Source: Atractiella rhizophila (lineage: Eukaryota). Taken from it: 64,000 bases of DNA. The notes beneath the pieces are model-generated. The model ran no database searches and was not told the origin of the DNA. It saw only the letters and a list, made by a program, of their open reading frames with translations. The stretch covers positions 1-64,000 of the forward strand of contig MU271212.1 in assembly GCA_021432655.1 (NCBI GenBank), given 5' to 3'. The position numbers and the translations under genes are program-made. This document shows, in pieces, positions 39,218 to 52,589 of this stretch. How positions within the stretch are numbered: the stretch's first letter is position 1; every line of letters begins with the position of its first letter.

Positions 39218-42072
39218 GACACTCCGAGCGGTGACGAGCAACATCAGTTCCCAAGACAGTAAGCCAATCTACACCTCCATTACGACTCTAATCGTTATCG
39301 ATAGAAGCAAATATTTTTATCCACAATGTCATGTCATACTATTTTATCTACAGAAACGAATGAACACCAATATTTAGCTGCATTTCAACGTGACATGTCT
39401 GATTCATTTTTAGGCGAGAGAAATCAAAATGGATTGAAACCACAACAATCTACATCTTATTCCAAGACGCACCTCAAAACCAATTGAAGCAGAAATCTCT
39501 TCAATGCCCGATTCACAGACTCCATTCCATATTGAACATCATGCAAACCGACATGAGGCATGGGCGACGGGAGAGGTAGGAGAAGCGATATATCAACAGA
39601 GTTCGGCTGAGGGTTGCAGGGAAGTATGCAGCGAAGCTGAGATCGTTGTTTGTTGGTTAGTTGTTAGAGAGTTGATCGACGTCAATTGGCCACATTTGTC
39701 CTTCCCGACTTTCCCTTCAAAAAGTAGGAACATGGCGTTAAGATCACGTGATCGAAATCGTAGGGGACCTAGCTCAATCAGGTGACCCTCAACTGCCCGA
39801 GGTAGGGTACGAATAAAGTTTCATGTCCGAGTTCCGTTTTAAAACCGATTTGAGCAACGGAGATAACATCAACTCGCATTATGCCGCTCACCATGCTGCG
39901 GAGCTTGGAGCTTTATATTATTTAGAAAAGAAAAAAGACTGCCAAAATCGACGAACTCAACCTCCACGGCTTCTTCAGATGTCGCTATACTCATGTCTTC
40001 CTATTCCTAATCGACCCTCAATCCCATTTTCACCAAGGTACAGGTTTTCTGGCTTGAAAAACGCGTTTTTTTGCGCCACCTTGAGCGATTTTGGAACGCG
40101 GTCTTGCCAGAAACAATCGACGCGATATCGACGCTATTCGACGTGATTTCAACATCAGATCCCCTTCGCAACAAATGAACACGGATTATTAGGTAGTGGA
40201 GGATGATTTATTATGCTGACAGCCAAGTTTGTGGTGCGTTGGTTGATAGGAACGGTCTCATATGTCTCATGGTGAAGGAATGCAGCGAGGCATGCAAGGA
40301 GGATGGGATCGATGGGAGGCTTACTGCAGGTGTTTCCAGCTGCTCGTTTACTTTGTGAGTGTTTCGGAATATATGGACCCTTTCATGGGTAAGGAAATCA
40401 GTTTCAGCGAGCTTCTATTCGCCTTGAAGGAGTAACCGCTCCTAGCTCCTAGCGGATCAGGAAGGTGGAGTCCAAATGTGACGCGTCTTCTTCCAATTTC
40501 TGTACATTTTCGCCTTGCTTCTAACTCTCAAAACATGCTAACAACCCTATTTATTACCTTAGGTTCTTTTGGATGCCCATTTGCCACTGTCGACCCACTT
40601 CGCCTCGTTTTGCTAAAGACCACTTCTAACTTGCTTGTTTTATGCAGGCAATTTTCATCCACCTTCGCTCGTTCGAATGGAGGCTTATCTGCCAACAGTC
40701 TGGAGGTGCCAACAGTCAAGGGGACAATGGAGCACTGGGTGGGTACTGGAGATTAATCGCTTAGCGATTGAAGGTCAGTTGAGTTATCCTCCTGTCTTCT
40801 CCTTCTGACTGGAGCATGTTTCATTTTCGTAGCATCAAGATTCTTGATATTTAGAGGGGCCTTGAAGATACAAAGCACAGCAGGAAGCCACGAGGAAGCA
40901 CAGCAGGAAGCCACGAGGAAGCAAGCTGCAAAGGCAACGCTCAAGGATCTGCTTAGGATGGTGTGTTTGTCCTTCTTTTCATTCTTGTTGTCTTCATCTA
41001 CTTACTCAGACTTCTAGATCGTTATTATTACCTTGGAAAGGGGTTCAAATAGAAGGAGCTGAAGGCGGACGAGGCGGTGTGAAAGCGGAAAGCGGAAAGC
41101 GGAAAGCCCAAACGTGAATGGCCTTGGTGAGTGACACTTCGTTTGTGCTTTCCTGATCGTCTTCCTTCGATCTTATCTGCTTTGTTTGTGCCTAGGCTGA
41201 TTTACTGCATCCGGAGGAAACTGCAGATTCATTTGACAGTTGATTGCAATGTCATTTCCCATTTTTAATCACTTTTTCTGCAACTCAACCAAGCAAGAGG
41301 GAGTACTTTTCGGAAATACTGTCCCTGGTAATCAAATAAGGACACCCTTTGGAATACCCAAAAGAAACCGGGCTGGATGGTAAATTATATGGTTATTTAC
41401 CTGTTGGAGACCAGTCTACAAACAAGTAAATAACCAGTCTGGAACATTGAAAACCGGGGTAGGATCCCTTCATCACGACTAGTAATTTACCGGTGCCTCC
41501 TTTTGAATTACCTGGGTCGACACCCCTTTTTCTCTGGTATTCGTGCAACTTCACCAGGGTGGACTCTGGTAAAAAACCAGTCCTGGTAATCCTTCAAAAA
41601 ACTGGTGCGGACTTTCCACAGGGCTTTCGACTGAGTCTATTTCACCCCAGTCCCGAATTCCGAATTCAGCTTTCAACGAGTTGATGGACACGAAGGGTGT
41701 TCAGACTCGTTTTATCGTGAAATGATCTCGGAACAAAGTGCTCTCTTTTCAACATATTGAGGTTTCATGTTTGGCCTTTGTTGACAAAGGAAAGAAGAAA
41801 GGTTTTGCACTTGGGCCGCCAAAGGACAAGAGAGGTATAAGCGTCTAGGCACATTCTGCAGTGACTTTGCTGCAGAAACTCTCAAGACAGGTGGGAGGCA
41901 ATGTGAAGGACACAATTACTTGTCCCCAGCTTACGTACTAATATCTCTTCCTATTCCAGAAAAAACTCCAAAAATCTTCGGCAAAGCGCCACTACTAGTA
42001 CAGAAGTGCAACAACTCTTTGAAGGTGAACAAATCGGCTCGATCTCTGGATACACAAAGAATACCACAAAGT

Positions 42073-42819
42073 TCATGATGCGCCCCAGCAAATGGGAATA
42101 CCAGTATCATAGAGACTCTTTACAAAGGCAGAATATTGGACCTGTTTTGAGTCGAGTGGAACGTAATTCAAACCCTCCCTTGGGGTAGGACCTGGAAGGT
42201 CGCCCGCTTGTGAAGGAAGGTACATTCGTTTTGTTGAGACTGGCGCATCAAACAATGATGTCGGGAAAAAATCCATCGAGGTGGGAGGGCTCGACTGAGC
42301 AGATAGCTGGCTGCTCCAGGAGGAGAGATTGGGCGAAGATAAGGCGCTCGATTGAGGGCGTGAGCTGGAAGACAATGGTTGCCTCACAGAAACGGGGCTC
42401 GCGGTCAAACACCTGTCATCCTGATTTGCACCATTCGACGAAGAGGAGAGGTTTTGTGAAGATGCCTCTGAATCAAGGTTTTGAGGGAGAACCAAATCGG
42501 TCATCATATCGTCTGCCTGAATGGGAGAGCCACCATCCTTTCCACCTACGTGAACAATTATTTCAGCATTGCAACTCCTGAACGGAGGATTGAACAGACT
42601 TAGAGTTAACTCCCATTCCAGCCGATTTTTCTTCGCCATAGCTTTATACCACTGCCGTACCTTCTCGTCCTCCTCTTTCCATTGTCTGGCAATCATGGAA
42701 TACACCTCTCTGGAACAGCGTTTCTGATCCGGACTTTGAACTCGTTTCAGTTCGGAAAGGCAATCCGCAAGGTAGAGATGGTAGGCGTGTCTGTTCTTTA
42801 TAGACCGAGATTCACTCAT
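42073..42819 (-). CDS. HMG-box transcription factor-like protein
   Basis: KNRHAYHLYLAD...EVYSMIARQWKEEDEKVRQWYKAMAKK fits an HMG box; Ser-rich tail. Exon limits are uncertain. Confidence 0.75.
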   Translation of the reverse strand: MSESRSIKNRHAYHLYLADCLSELKRVQSPDQKRCSREVYSMIARQWKEEDEKVRQWYKAMAKKNRLEWELTLSLFNPPFRSCNAEIIVHVGGKDGGSPIQADDMMTDLVLPQNLDSEASSQNLSSSSNGANQDDRCLTASPVSVRQPLSSSSRPQSSALSSPNLSSWSSQLSAQSSPPTSMDFFPTSLFDAPVSTKRMYLPSQAGDLPGPTPREGLNYVPLDSKQVQYSAFVKSLYDTGIPICWGAS

Positions 42820-43876
42820 AGCCGGCAGTGGCTGATTTAGAGAGAGATTTTTGCTGCCAATTTCAGTAGTTATGATTGAGATTTAGGGTTGTGCCTCAGG
42901 TAGAGATTTCTGGATGCCTGTTCGGTGCTGAGCCTCTCTCGAATCTTCGAGATTGTTGGTTTTGGCGGTATTGATAGCCGTCGAGAGCCTGAAGCAAACA
43001 TGTTCAAGGCAACAAGTCTCGAAAGAAGACACAGGAAAAGGCGACAAGACTCAAAACAAGTGGCCACCGAAGGCAAAGGCAACAAGGCTCGGAAGTGCCT
43101 GGTTGTTGGGAGACAACAAAGAAAAATCGCTGGTCGGCCGAGTCCGAATAGTCTACCAACGTGTATAACTACTCTTTGCTTATAGCAAGTCAAATATGTA
43201 AGACTTCATAAACCATTCTGCCCAGTTAATGACCAAGAAGTTCAAATGAACAATGAATATGCATGAATGCTCCAACGTCTCGAATGCTTTTTGTGCATGA
43301 AACAACTCAAAAAGCTCGAACTCAGCCTTGATTTAATTGAGTTGGAACGCAAATGCCTCAGGAAGAGGTTACATTTTGAGATACCAGACTGCCAACGACA
43401 ACAACCTGAAGCTCGCACCTTGTTTTTTTTGAGCTTACCCTAACCCATCCTTCAACCCCAGACTTCAATCTACTGAGTTTCCCTACAACTGACCTCTACC
43501 AGTCACCCGGATTTTTCTTGAAAGCACGAGCGCCATCTTGGCCGTTACAGGGTCCTTGTAAGCGCAGGAGGGCGCGCGTCGTCGTTCAGTAGGTGAGAAG
43601 ATTGATCAGTTCTTCTTTGGCGTGAGACATAAAACGAACTTTTGAGGGTTAAGAACGTTGAGACCTCCCTCACCAGGCACGTTGAAGTGAAATGAATTGC
43701 ACCATATCATTACACATTTCTGTGCCTTGCCGAATCTGCAAGGATATTATTCTGCAAGGTCAAACAAAAAGTGTTTTCTTCCGCACCAAGCTATGAGTCA
43801 CAGTGTAGGGTTCAAGCTGCTGAGCCTGAGCCTGAGGACACCGACTGACACACCTGTCGACAACAAGATACATGAT

Positions 43877-45062
43877 ATGTCGACTATTGGAGAACCCAAA
43901 AGCAAACGAATTCTTAGGTGCAGGATTTGCAGGTGTGTTCGTCCGCTCCTGTTGACGTCTCAAATTAGCGGAGGTCTTTAAAATATTTGACCGTTGTGTC
44001 AGAGCAACAGCTCTTCATAGTGCTTGCCCAGCACTACCCCAGTTGTACTCCAATCTATACTACTTTGAACAGTTTTGAGTGTTGCAGACCGAAAATCGAG
44101 TGCTGATTGTGCATGGAATCAGCGATCGTGCTTAAATCAACTTGAACCGTTCAGTGCCGTAATTTGCTAGGGATTATTGAATTCGACTCCTAGTTTCTGT
44201 GGTCTCTACCACATTGTTCTGACTTATGGCTACAATGCACTTTCGATGCTTTCGAATGTAGGAGTAACACATTTATGTGAGCGAAGAAGGAAGACGTTAC
44301 GCTGATTTCGTTTTGATCTAAGATTGTTTGAGAAAAATGTTTATTTCATGTCTGGTAGACAAGAACTAGCGACTCGCGACAATCTCGTAGCACATCAACC
44401 AGGAAAAGGGCAACATGCCTTCTCACCGCGACGACGGAACATGCAACAACACTATCAACAAATGTCGATGCGAGCAACAGCCTCTGCGCCACCTCCGTCT
44501 ACAACGATGGACGATAAGGATGGGCCAAAGACGGCACCTGGTTCAGTCCTTCCCTCAGGCTTGCGAATCGCCACGCCACAATCACCTTCTCCCATATCTG
44601 CTTTGCGGATTGCACGTCCGGCTTATGCTTCAACTCCTGATAATACATTAGCAGAGGCATCTTCACCAGTGCCAGTCGCGACAACGGGTCCCGAAGCCGA
44701 AGCCGAAGATGATAAGCTACAACCTGCATTCCCATCATCAACTCAGCCTCAACAGGTTGAAGAAGCACCTTTCCTGTCGTCTACTCTTTGCACCTCTTAC
44801 TTTCTCGAACCTTTTACGCTCTCCTGGATGGATTCAGAGTTGGAGGAAGGAAAACTGACTGGGAAGCTTATTTGTGCTAATGAGAAGTGTAAAGCGAAAG
44901 TTGGGCATTATGATTGGAAGGGAAGTCGATGCTCATGTGGTTGCGTGAGTATTTCAATTTTACCCGCAGACTGTGGACAATCACGATCTAACGCAAATGG
45001 AGAAGTGGATAGTGCCCGGTTTCTTGATTGGAGCAAGTAGGGTTGACGAAGTGCTCGTGTGA
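43877..45062 (+). CDS. Stand-alone Yvh1/DUSP12-type zinc-binding domain protein (no phosphatase domain)
   Basis: Spliced LRCRICR|QELA..AH...LCTSYFLEP..SWM..GKLICANEKCKAKVGHYDWKGSRCSCGC|WIVPGF..SRVDE. Introns 43933-44358 and ~44945-45005. Confidence 0.82.
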
Positions 45063-45469
45063 CTAATTTGATTGATTGACTGCAAAATGTTCGTTCAGCT
45101 GTTCACCTGCCCATAATCTTAACACATATCCCATCTTCTTTATGTACGCCATCAATTAATTGATGTGTGAGCCTTATCTGAGCTACGCCTACTCCTCGAC
45201 TTTGTTTTCTGGCTCAGCTCATGATTCCTGTCCCGGCCACATCAGTTGGCGGCACCAGCCTGAGAAGTGGAGCCCGCCACTTCCGTTCCTCCACCATTTC
45301 TTTACATATTTGAACGACCATTGTCACGCCTCCCACATTTCTACACAACCACCTCCGATTATCTGTTTGTTCTTTGCCTCCGAATACCACCTCTCCTTCA
45401 AGCTTGCTGTTTGTGCGAAGTCAGGTGTGTCCGGATCGCCGCCCCCGCCCGGTTGACACCAATATTCCA

Positions 45470-47382
45470 ATGGCAACTATCTTTTTCACGTCCATCAGTT
45501 CAACATCGTCTAGGAGCCCCAGCACTGCTTGCAGACGTATTTCGGGTCAATTATGTAACGTGCTAAGAATCACTCGACAACTCAGGTGAATTTTCTGTGT
45601 TCAGTTGAACAACCACTGGCGGTACAGTCTGACTAGCGCGACAGAAATTTGTCAACTGCACCTGTTGCTCCTCCCAGTCCTGTCGAGGCGTACCAGTCTT
45701 CAGAATCATCCAAAACTGTAGCTGTTCTGGGTGCTGCTTACGCGTAAGCGTGTCTTCACTCGAATTCGGTGGAAGCGGATGGCTCAACAAGATATAGTGG
45801 TTTTCGAGCAGCTCACACTCTTCAATGCAACCTCCCTCCAGATTGGAGGGTAGTTGTTCTTGAAAGGAATACACATTTTAACCGTCAGGCCTGATGTCTA
45901 CCCAGTTTTCGACCTAATCTGACTTCGGACAACAGATGTTTATGTTTTTCCTCGCTTGATAGCTCAGCAAGGGCACGAACACAAAGCCTGTATGTTTATT
46001 CTTCATATCACTTCCCCATTTGACGCGTATACAGTTATACCCTTCTCTGCCCTCTTCGATGTTCGCGGTTTCATAGCTGGTGGAGGAGCTGAGCCATCAA
46101 TACTCCCCTTTTCTTCCGGAGTCCCATCTTCTCCAAACCCAAACCACAAGCTCATTCACTCCAAAGTCGAATCTATCTCTCTACCAAATAACACAATTAA
46201 GTACCAGTTGCTAGAATCTGGAAAGGAGGGCTTTCTGAAGTACGATTACCTTGTGTACGCGTTGGGAAGCCAGCTACCACAACCGATCAACACTTGGGCT
46301 GCAGGAGGAACCGGCGTGAAGAAGGAGAGTGTTGCTTGGATGAAACGGATGGGAGATTTGGTCAAGAATGCGAATGCGCCAGATAAGGACTCGGATGTTC
46401 TGGTAATTGGCGGCGGCGCATTAGGAGTTCGTGAGTTTGGCTGGTCACATTTGCCTACGCTTTTTACTGAACCTTTTCCTACAGAATTTGCTAGCGATAT
46501 CAAAGATCTATATCCCCAGAAACGTGTGATATTAGTCCACTCACGGCCACATCTACTCAACCGCTTCAACCCATGGATGCATGAGCATGGTTAGTTGATC
46601 CTTTGTTTTTCAACAAGCTGATTGGTGCGCGTCCAACAGGGAAAAAGGCACTCGAAGATATGGGGATAGAAGTCATTACTGGGGAGCGCGTAATCGCGGA
46701 AGAAGACGATCACCACACCTACCAAACAACCTCTGGGAGGAAGATCACGACTGCTCTAGTGGTTTGTCTGTCTTGATTTACTCCAGGCAACCACTGATTC
46801 CATTTAATTACAGCTGAAATGCACGGGTCAGACCCCCGAAACAAGTTTTCTCCCTGAAGAAACTCTGGATCCTATAACCAGGGAAGCATACGTCACACGG
46901 AGTCTGCAGCTCGCACAAAAGACAGGAGATGGACAGTTGGAAGAGTATGGCAAAGGAAATGTCTTCGTGGTTCAGTCTTTCTGCTAAGATCTGCGAAAGA
47001 AGCTTATCTAGCAATAGGTTGGCGATAGTGCTCAAGCATTTGGAGCTCGAAAAGCAGGAAATACCGCATTTTTTCAGGTGCTCCTTGATTTCGTTCTTCT
47101 GTGATAGCAGCAAACTCACGAATCGAACACTCATAGGCTCAATTGGCAGCCTCCAATATTGCTCGCCTCATATATAATCAATCTAACCCGACGAATCTCC
47201 AACGCCTGGAAAACTACATCGCTCCTCCCTTGCGAATAAAAGTTTCACTAGGCCGGAAACATGCCATCTACCAAAACGCAGGTGGGAATGGACATCGGGG
47301 ACCAGAGGAAATGAAGGAATTGCAAGGCGCAGACGCGATGTGGCGGAATCGTGGTTGTGGAGATTTGGATAGACATACTTAG
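45470..47382 (+). CDS. AIF/AMID (FSP1)-like FAD/NAD(P)H oxidoreductase, paralog 1
   Basis: TVAVLGAAY, YDYLVYALGS, VLVIGGGALGV-EFASDIK, VILVHSR, KVSLGRKHA; multi-exon. Confidence 0.87.
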
Positions 47383-47843
47383 ATTTTGTGCGTAACTTAT
47401 TCTTCTAGAAAAATCGCACTGGTTGTAGGTACATAAGAAGAGTAATAACAACGAACAGCAAGACTCATTCGAGTATCTCCATTGTCCCCTCAGCATGGTT
47501 ACCTTTTATTGTTGTCCATAGAGTACGCAGAACTACAGCATTCCGAAGTTCACTCTCACTCATTGCGCGGCGCTTGTCTCAACCCATCCACCAATGACAG
47601 AAATGCAACTCAATTTCCAAATCTGGGCGCCAATGTTTTGCCGCGTTGTCCGCGTTTCGAACGGGCTTCGGCAATCAGATAAAATGACTGCCTTATCTGA
47701 TTTTCTTGCAAAATCTCTCCAAATCTCAAAAGCGGTTGTTTGATGCATATAGAGCACCCATCAGAACGTTCTTTCAACATCCATCTCCAGTAGGTCGTTT
47801 TGTTGCCGTCGATGATTTGTCTGAGGGAGGTGGCAGCCTGAGG

Positions 47844-49594
47844 ATGCCTTCTATTGATATTGAACACCCTCCCCAGACCAACGGAATGCGCACTAGGAAT
47901 GATTCACATACTAGTCAACTCGTAAAAGGTGTCAAAGTCAAGCATCCGTCGAAGACTGTTGTTGTATTGGGGTTTGCTTATGCGTTTGTGTTTCAGCTTC
48001 ATCATGGTGAAGCCTGAGCAGAGCTGAGATTAAACATGGTAGAGGTTTCCGAGCGGCTCTTACCCTTTTATGCAACCTTCCTCACGATTGGAAGATAGTG
48101 GTGATCGATAGGAACACCCATTTCAATCGTACTTGTTCTTTCGTGCGTTTTTGACACGGTTGCTCAGGTTTATCCCAGATCTCTATGTTTTTCCACGCCT
48201 TACAGTCCTTCAAGGTCATGAGCACAAAGCTTGTCGGTATTGCTCGTCTACCAGCTACCATTCTAATCTCGCATAGTTATACCGTCTACCGCGATTTTCG
48301 ACATTCCCAAGATAGTCAAAGGCGGAGCAGGCCATCCTCCCGTGCTTCCATTCTCCTCAGGACCACCGTCTCCTGATCCGAAGAGTCACAAGTTGCTCCA
48401 CGCAATAGTCCACTCAATATCTCTACCGGATAACACAGTGACATACCGATCACTTGAATCTGGTATTGAAGGAGAGGAGGAAACGTTGAGGTTTGATTAC
48501 CTCGTCTATGCTCTCGGAAGCCAGCTGCCACAACCGATCGATACATGGAGCAACGGAGGGACAGGTGTGAAGTCCGAAGCTGTCGCATGGATGAAAAACG
48601 AGGGAGATTGGATCAAGAATGCAAGTACTCCAGATGGTGATACCGACGTACTTGTCATCGGCGGTGGAGCATTGGGGGTTCGTAAGTTTGTCCTTTCATC
48701 ACCATTAACCTCGTAAACAACCCCTTCCAGAGTTCGCGAGCGACATCAAGGACATTTATCCCGAAAAGCACGTTATTCTTGTCCACTCGAGGCAGTACCT
48801 GCTGAACCGCTTTGACGTCTGGATGCATGAGAATGGTGCGCTGGCTATGTTTTTTATGCTTGTGTCGATGCCACGTTGGTTGATATCGCACCTACAGCCA
48901 AAAAAGCCTTGGAAGATATGGGAGTTGAGGTGATATTAGGAGAGCGTGTCATTGCAGAAGAGAATGAAGAACACACGTATCACACTACCTCCGGCAGACG
49001 CATCAAGACTGATATCGTTGTTCGTGCTCTCTTCTTTTGTTTGGATTTGAACTCACATTTAACTCCAATTTACTTGTAAAGTTGAAATGTACTGGTCAAT
49101 ACCCAGAAACCGCTTTTCTGCCGGACGAGACGCTGGACCCCATCTCGAAAGAAGCGTATGTGACGCGGACACTCCAGTTAGCCAGGAAGACAGAGGAGGG
49201 ACTGCTCGAACCTTACGGAAGCGGCAATGTTTTCGTCGTTGGAGATGCAGCACAAGCTTTTGGGGCTCGAAAGGCCGGTAACACCGCTTTCTACCAGGTT
49301 ACCCTTCCAGCTTTCATCAGGGAAACAACTAACAGCATTGTTTCATAGGCACAATTGGCGTGTTGCAATGTTGCCCGTCTCGTCTATAATGCTTCCAATC
49401 CACATGAACCAGAAAAATTAGACGAGTATTTCCCACCAAAGGTCGGTATCAAGGTTTCCTTGGGGAGGAAACATGCCATTTATCAGAACGCGACTGGTCA
49501 TGGTCATCGATGGGGTGATGAATGCTCAGATCTGTTGGGAGTCAACATTATTTGGGATTCTCGAGGCTGTGGTGACGTGGAACGCCATCTCTGA
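47844..49594 (+). CDS. AIF/AMID (FSP1)-like FAD/NAD(P)H oxidoreductase, paralog 2
   Basis: TVVVLGFAY, FDYLVYALGSQLPQPI, VLVIGGGALGV, NVFVVGDAA, KVSLGRKHA; intron pattern similar to paralog 1. Confidence 0.87.
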
Positions 49595-49684
49595 ATCGCT
49601 TACGGTGGAAAATTCGAACTTCCTCTGAACATGTACTTTTGCATGACATAGATTGAGAGGAGAAATAGAAGCTAAGCTTTGCAT

Positions 49685-51529
49685 TTAATCGAACACAATC
49701 ACTTTAACGGTCAAATCGTCCCTATAAGTCCTGCTAATAGGTTCAGGAATGGCCAAAATTCTTCCCACAGCTTCATAATCTCCTCCAAGCACATTTCGCA
49801 GCAGCATGGAGGCGAGGTTTCCACCCTTCTCACCCACAAACCATTGACGCTCCTTCGACCCTCTTGCGCTCCAAGGAGAGTCAGGTTTGTGCTCTTCATC
49901 TGCCAAAACAGAGCTCGCAAGCTCGTCGCTCGACACGGTGTAGGCAGCAGTGGAGTCGAGTGATCTCCCCACAAGAGCAACGATTTGCTCATTTGTGAGC
50001 TGGTCGTAAACCTGTATCCAAGAATAAGCAGCTTGCCTTGTTGAGGAGGAGAGACTTGGGAGAACGAACCCCATCGGATCCGAGGACAAGAAAACGTCTT
50101 CCTTTCGGTTTCAAGTCGATAGTACATACATCTGGCTCCGCTGTAACGTAAGGAGGGGTTTTGTAATCTGAATAGACCTTCTGTGCCGATGTTGGAGCGA
50201 AGAGCTTTCCCGTTTGAGCAATCTCTTCCGCAGTCCACTTTATGCGACGCATTAAAGAGGCTCTTGCCAGGAATGAAGGGAAATTACCTTAAATCTAGCG
50301 TCTCCAAAGGCCCGTGAGATACCCAATCCTAGCGTCCTCCCATTTTTGTTCACGTCGGGCTCACCGGGATGTTCCTTCTCGATCCTATCTTGCCCATCAA
50401 CCTACGAACGTTGGGGTGGACAAGGAGAAGAAGAGCCTAACCTCTCCTTTTCTTTCGGATTAAAGCTAGTATGGTCATCCGTCAGCACCCTCGTCCTCCA
50501 TTTCTTCTCTGCTTCATCCCACTCTCCCAACACCGCTCTGGAGTCACCCGCGTGGGCAACGTTCAGCTCTTTCTTCTTCGCATCCACCACCGCCAAGAGG
50601 GCACAACTGCCAGCTGTAGCGACAACGAGAGCCCTCAAGGCTTCCAACTGTGCTTGGGAAAGCCTGGGATCCCAACAGACGGGAGGAGGATTGGGCCACG
50701 TGGGGAGAAGCTGGAGAGGCGGGGTGATGAGGCTCTTGTCGAACGAGATGAAGGAGTCGATTAGGACCTTGGAGAGAGGAGTCGATGTGGGCAGGTGAGA
50801 GAGGATATGGGGGACGAGCGCAGTGGAGAGTAGGTTGGAGGTGTGCCAGCCTGGTCTATCGATTAGATTGGTACAGAGGTTGGGAAAGAAACGCACCGCT
50901 CAAACCGCCACTGTGCCCATCGAAGACGCCGAAGAAGAGGAGGGCAGGGTTGGCGGATTTGTGAGGAAATGTAGCCGTTAGAGAGTAATCCTCGCAGGGT
51001 AGGTTGGACGGCTGCGGTCAGATGTCGTTCAGCTGTCATGCAAATATTCTTCGTTGACAAGCACGCACCATGTAATTGGTATCGCAGCCTGTGCCATTCC
51101 TCGTCAGCCTTCGCTCTCAGAAGAAGGGAAAGGAAACGAACGTGCAATGATCCCATTCCAGCTCACACTACTCTCCCTCTTCTTCAACTGCTGCTCCACC
51201 TCGCTTGGACTTAGAATCGTGCTAGTCGTCCTGAGCACATACGAATCATCTCTCGGGTCGAGATTTTGGACGCTCTGAATAGAAGAAATAGCGAAAGGCG
51301 CCTCGTCAATCGACTGGGACTTTTTCCCTGGCTTGCTTCGACCAAACAAGAGGCTTCCAAATAAAACGACTCCAACGGCTCCACTGCCTAAAACAAAAGG
51401 ATTTGAGAGGAGAGGAGATTTGTTCAACGGATAGAAAGCTGAGCTAGAGGCGCGTCGCCTGTTGGGGGCTCGGAAAGTAGAAGAATTGAACACTGAACGC
51501 GACTTGGTCTTCAAGGCGTTTCTTAGCAT
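49685..51529 (-). CDS. Mitochondrial PP2C phosphatase (pyruvate dehydrogenase phosphatase / Ptc5-like)
   Basis: Arg/Ser-rich presequence plus hydrophobic segment; FFGVFDGHSG, GSCALL, AHAGDSRAVLG, LGISRAFGD, FLVLGSDG, RDDLTVKVIVF. Confidence 0.9.
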
Positions 51530-52589
51530 TTTGGACTGGGAAGCCGTCGCGGAACAGATTTATGAGGTCAGACGAGCTTTAAATGAAGGTTTCCAGAGCA
51601 GCTGAGCGGGCACTGACAGGTGAACAGGTCACCCCGAAGGACAGGACGCTGGTGAAACTTCGGCTTGAGGTCACTTGATATGGTTGTCGTCCTTCTTCGT
51701 TTGGATGGGCAAATCAATGACAATATTACACAGCGTCAAGCACTGCGTAGACCCTCCTGACCTAGTCCGTCCCACTCTGTGAAGCAGTCGTGACGAAGTT
51801 CCGCAGAACGCTCTCAGGGGCGGGCGGATTCCTTTCCAACCTAGATGCAACAACAACCAAGATCACGGTTTAGGAGCTCGCCAGAGCTCAGGCGGACGCT
51901 GCAGCGGAGCCTGGGTGTCTTTACCTCCCCATAGTGGAATAGCTGGTAGACTTAAGCTGATGACGTAGCTACTTCGAAGAATAGAGTCCACTGGTGCGGA
52001 CATCTTTTCTGACATCTTTGCAGCGTATCTGTATCTGGGCTGAATGGAGGAGGTTATTGTCAGTATCAAAGTCGAATTTAAACTCACGAAATACTCGAAA
52101 ACCTCGTCGATGTTTGATTAGGAGAATGGCAGGAATAACCAACAAGCCGTCATGATGTTTTGTTAGTCGTGAAGCGTTTGCCAATGCTGCGCAGTGTCTA
52201 GAACTGCGCGCAATTTCAGAGCAGATTGATCTGCGTTGAATACAACCTCTCGTCTTTAGCGAGACGCGCCATTGTTCCATCATCGTTGCTCTTGATTGAT
52301 GCTGGTGTACCAGAGATATTATCACGCCCAGGCACCCTGTAATATGCGTCCAGAGTAAGCGCGTTAGGGCAAACCCTTCATACAATGCATCAAATTGCAA
52401 GGCCCTTTGATGATTTGGGGTTTGTCAACGCGTTGGATTATTTACAGCGATCTGCCTCAGAAAACTGATCAACGGCAAACCGATATAACCATTTACAGGT
52501 GATCAAGAAAGGAAGGTGGTAGAGAGTAAAGGAAGGCGTGTCGATATCATGGCAAGAGAATTAGTGTTAATTTTCGCTGAACTGAAAGA

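Larger units (their letters stand above)
32700..41623 (-). mobile_element. CACTA/EnSpm (CMC-superfamily) DNA transposon, ~8.9 kb, apparently full length
   Basis: 30-bp imperfect TIRs (26/30): CCCTGTGAACAGTCCAGACCAGTTTTTTGA vs CCCTGTGGAAAGTCCGCACCAGTTTTTTGA. CTTT on both flanks (32696-32699, 41624-41627); subterminal CTGGT/ACCAG repeats at both ends; internal transposase. Confidence 0.88.

Noticed and set aside
40876..41107. Short tandem repeats (two ~20-bp CAGCAGGAAGCCACGAGGAAG units; GAAAGCG x3) as a CRISPR-like array
   Set aside because: No unique spacers, eukaryotic context; simple slippage repeats inside the transposon.
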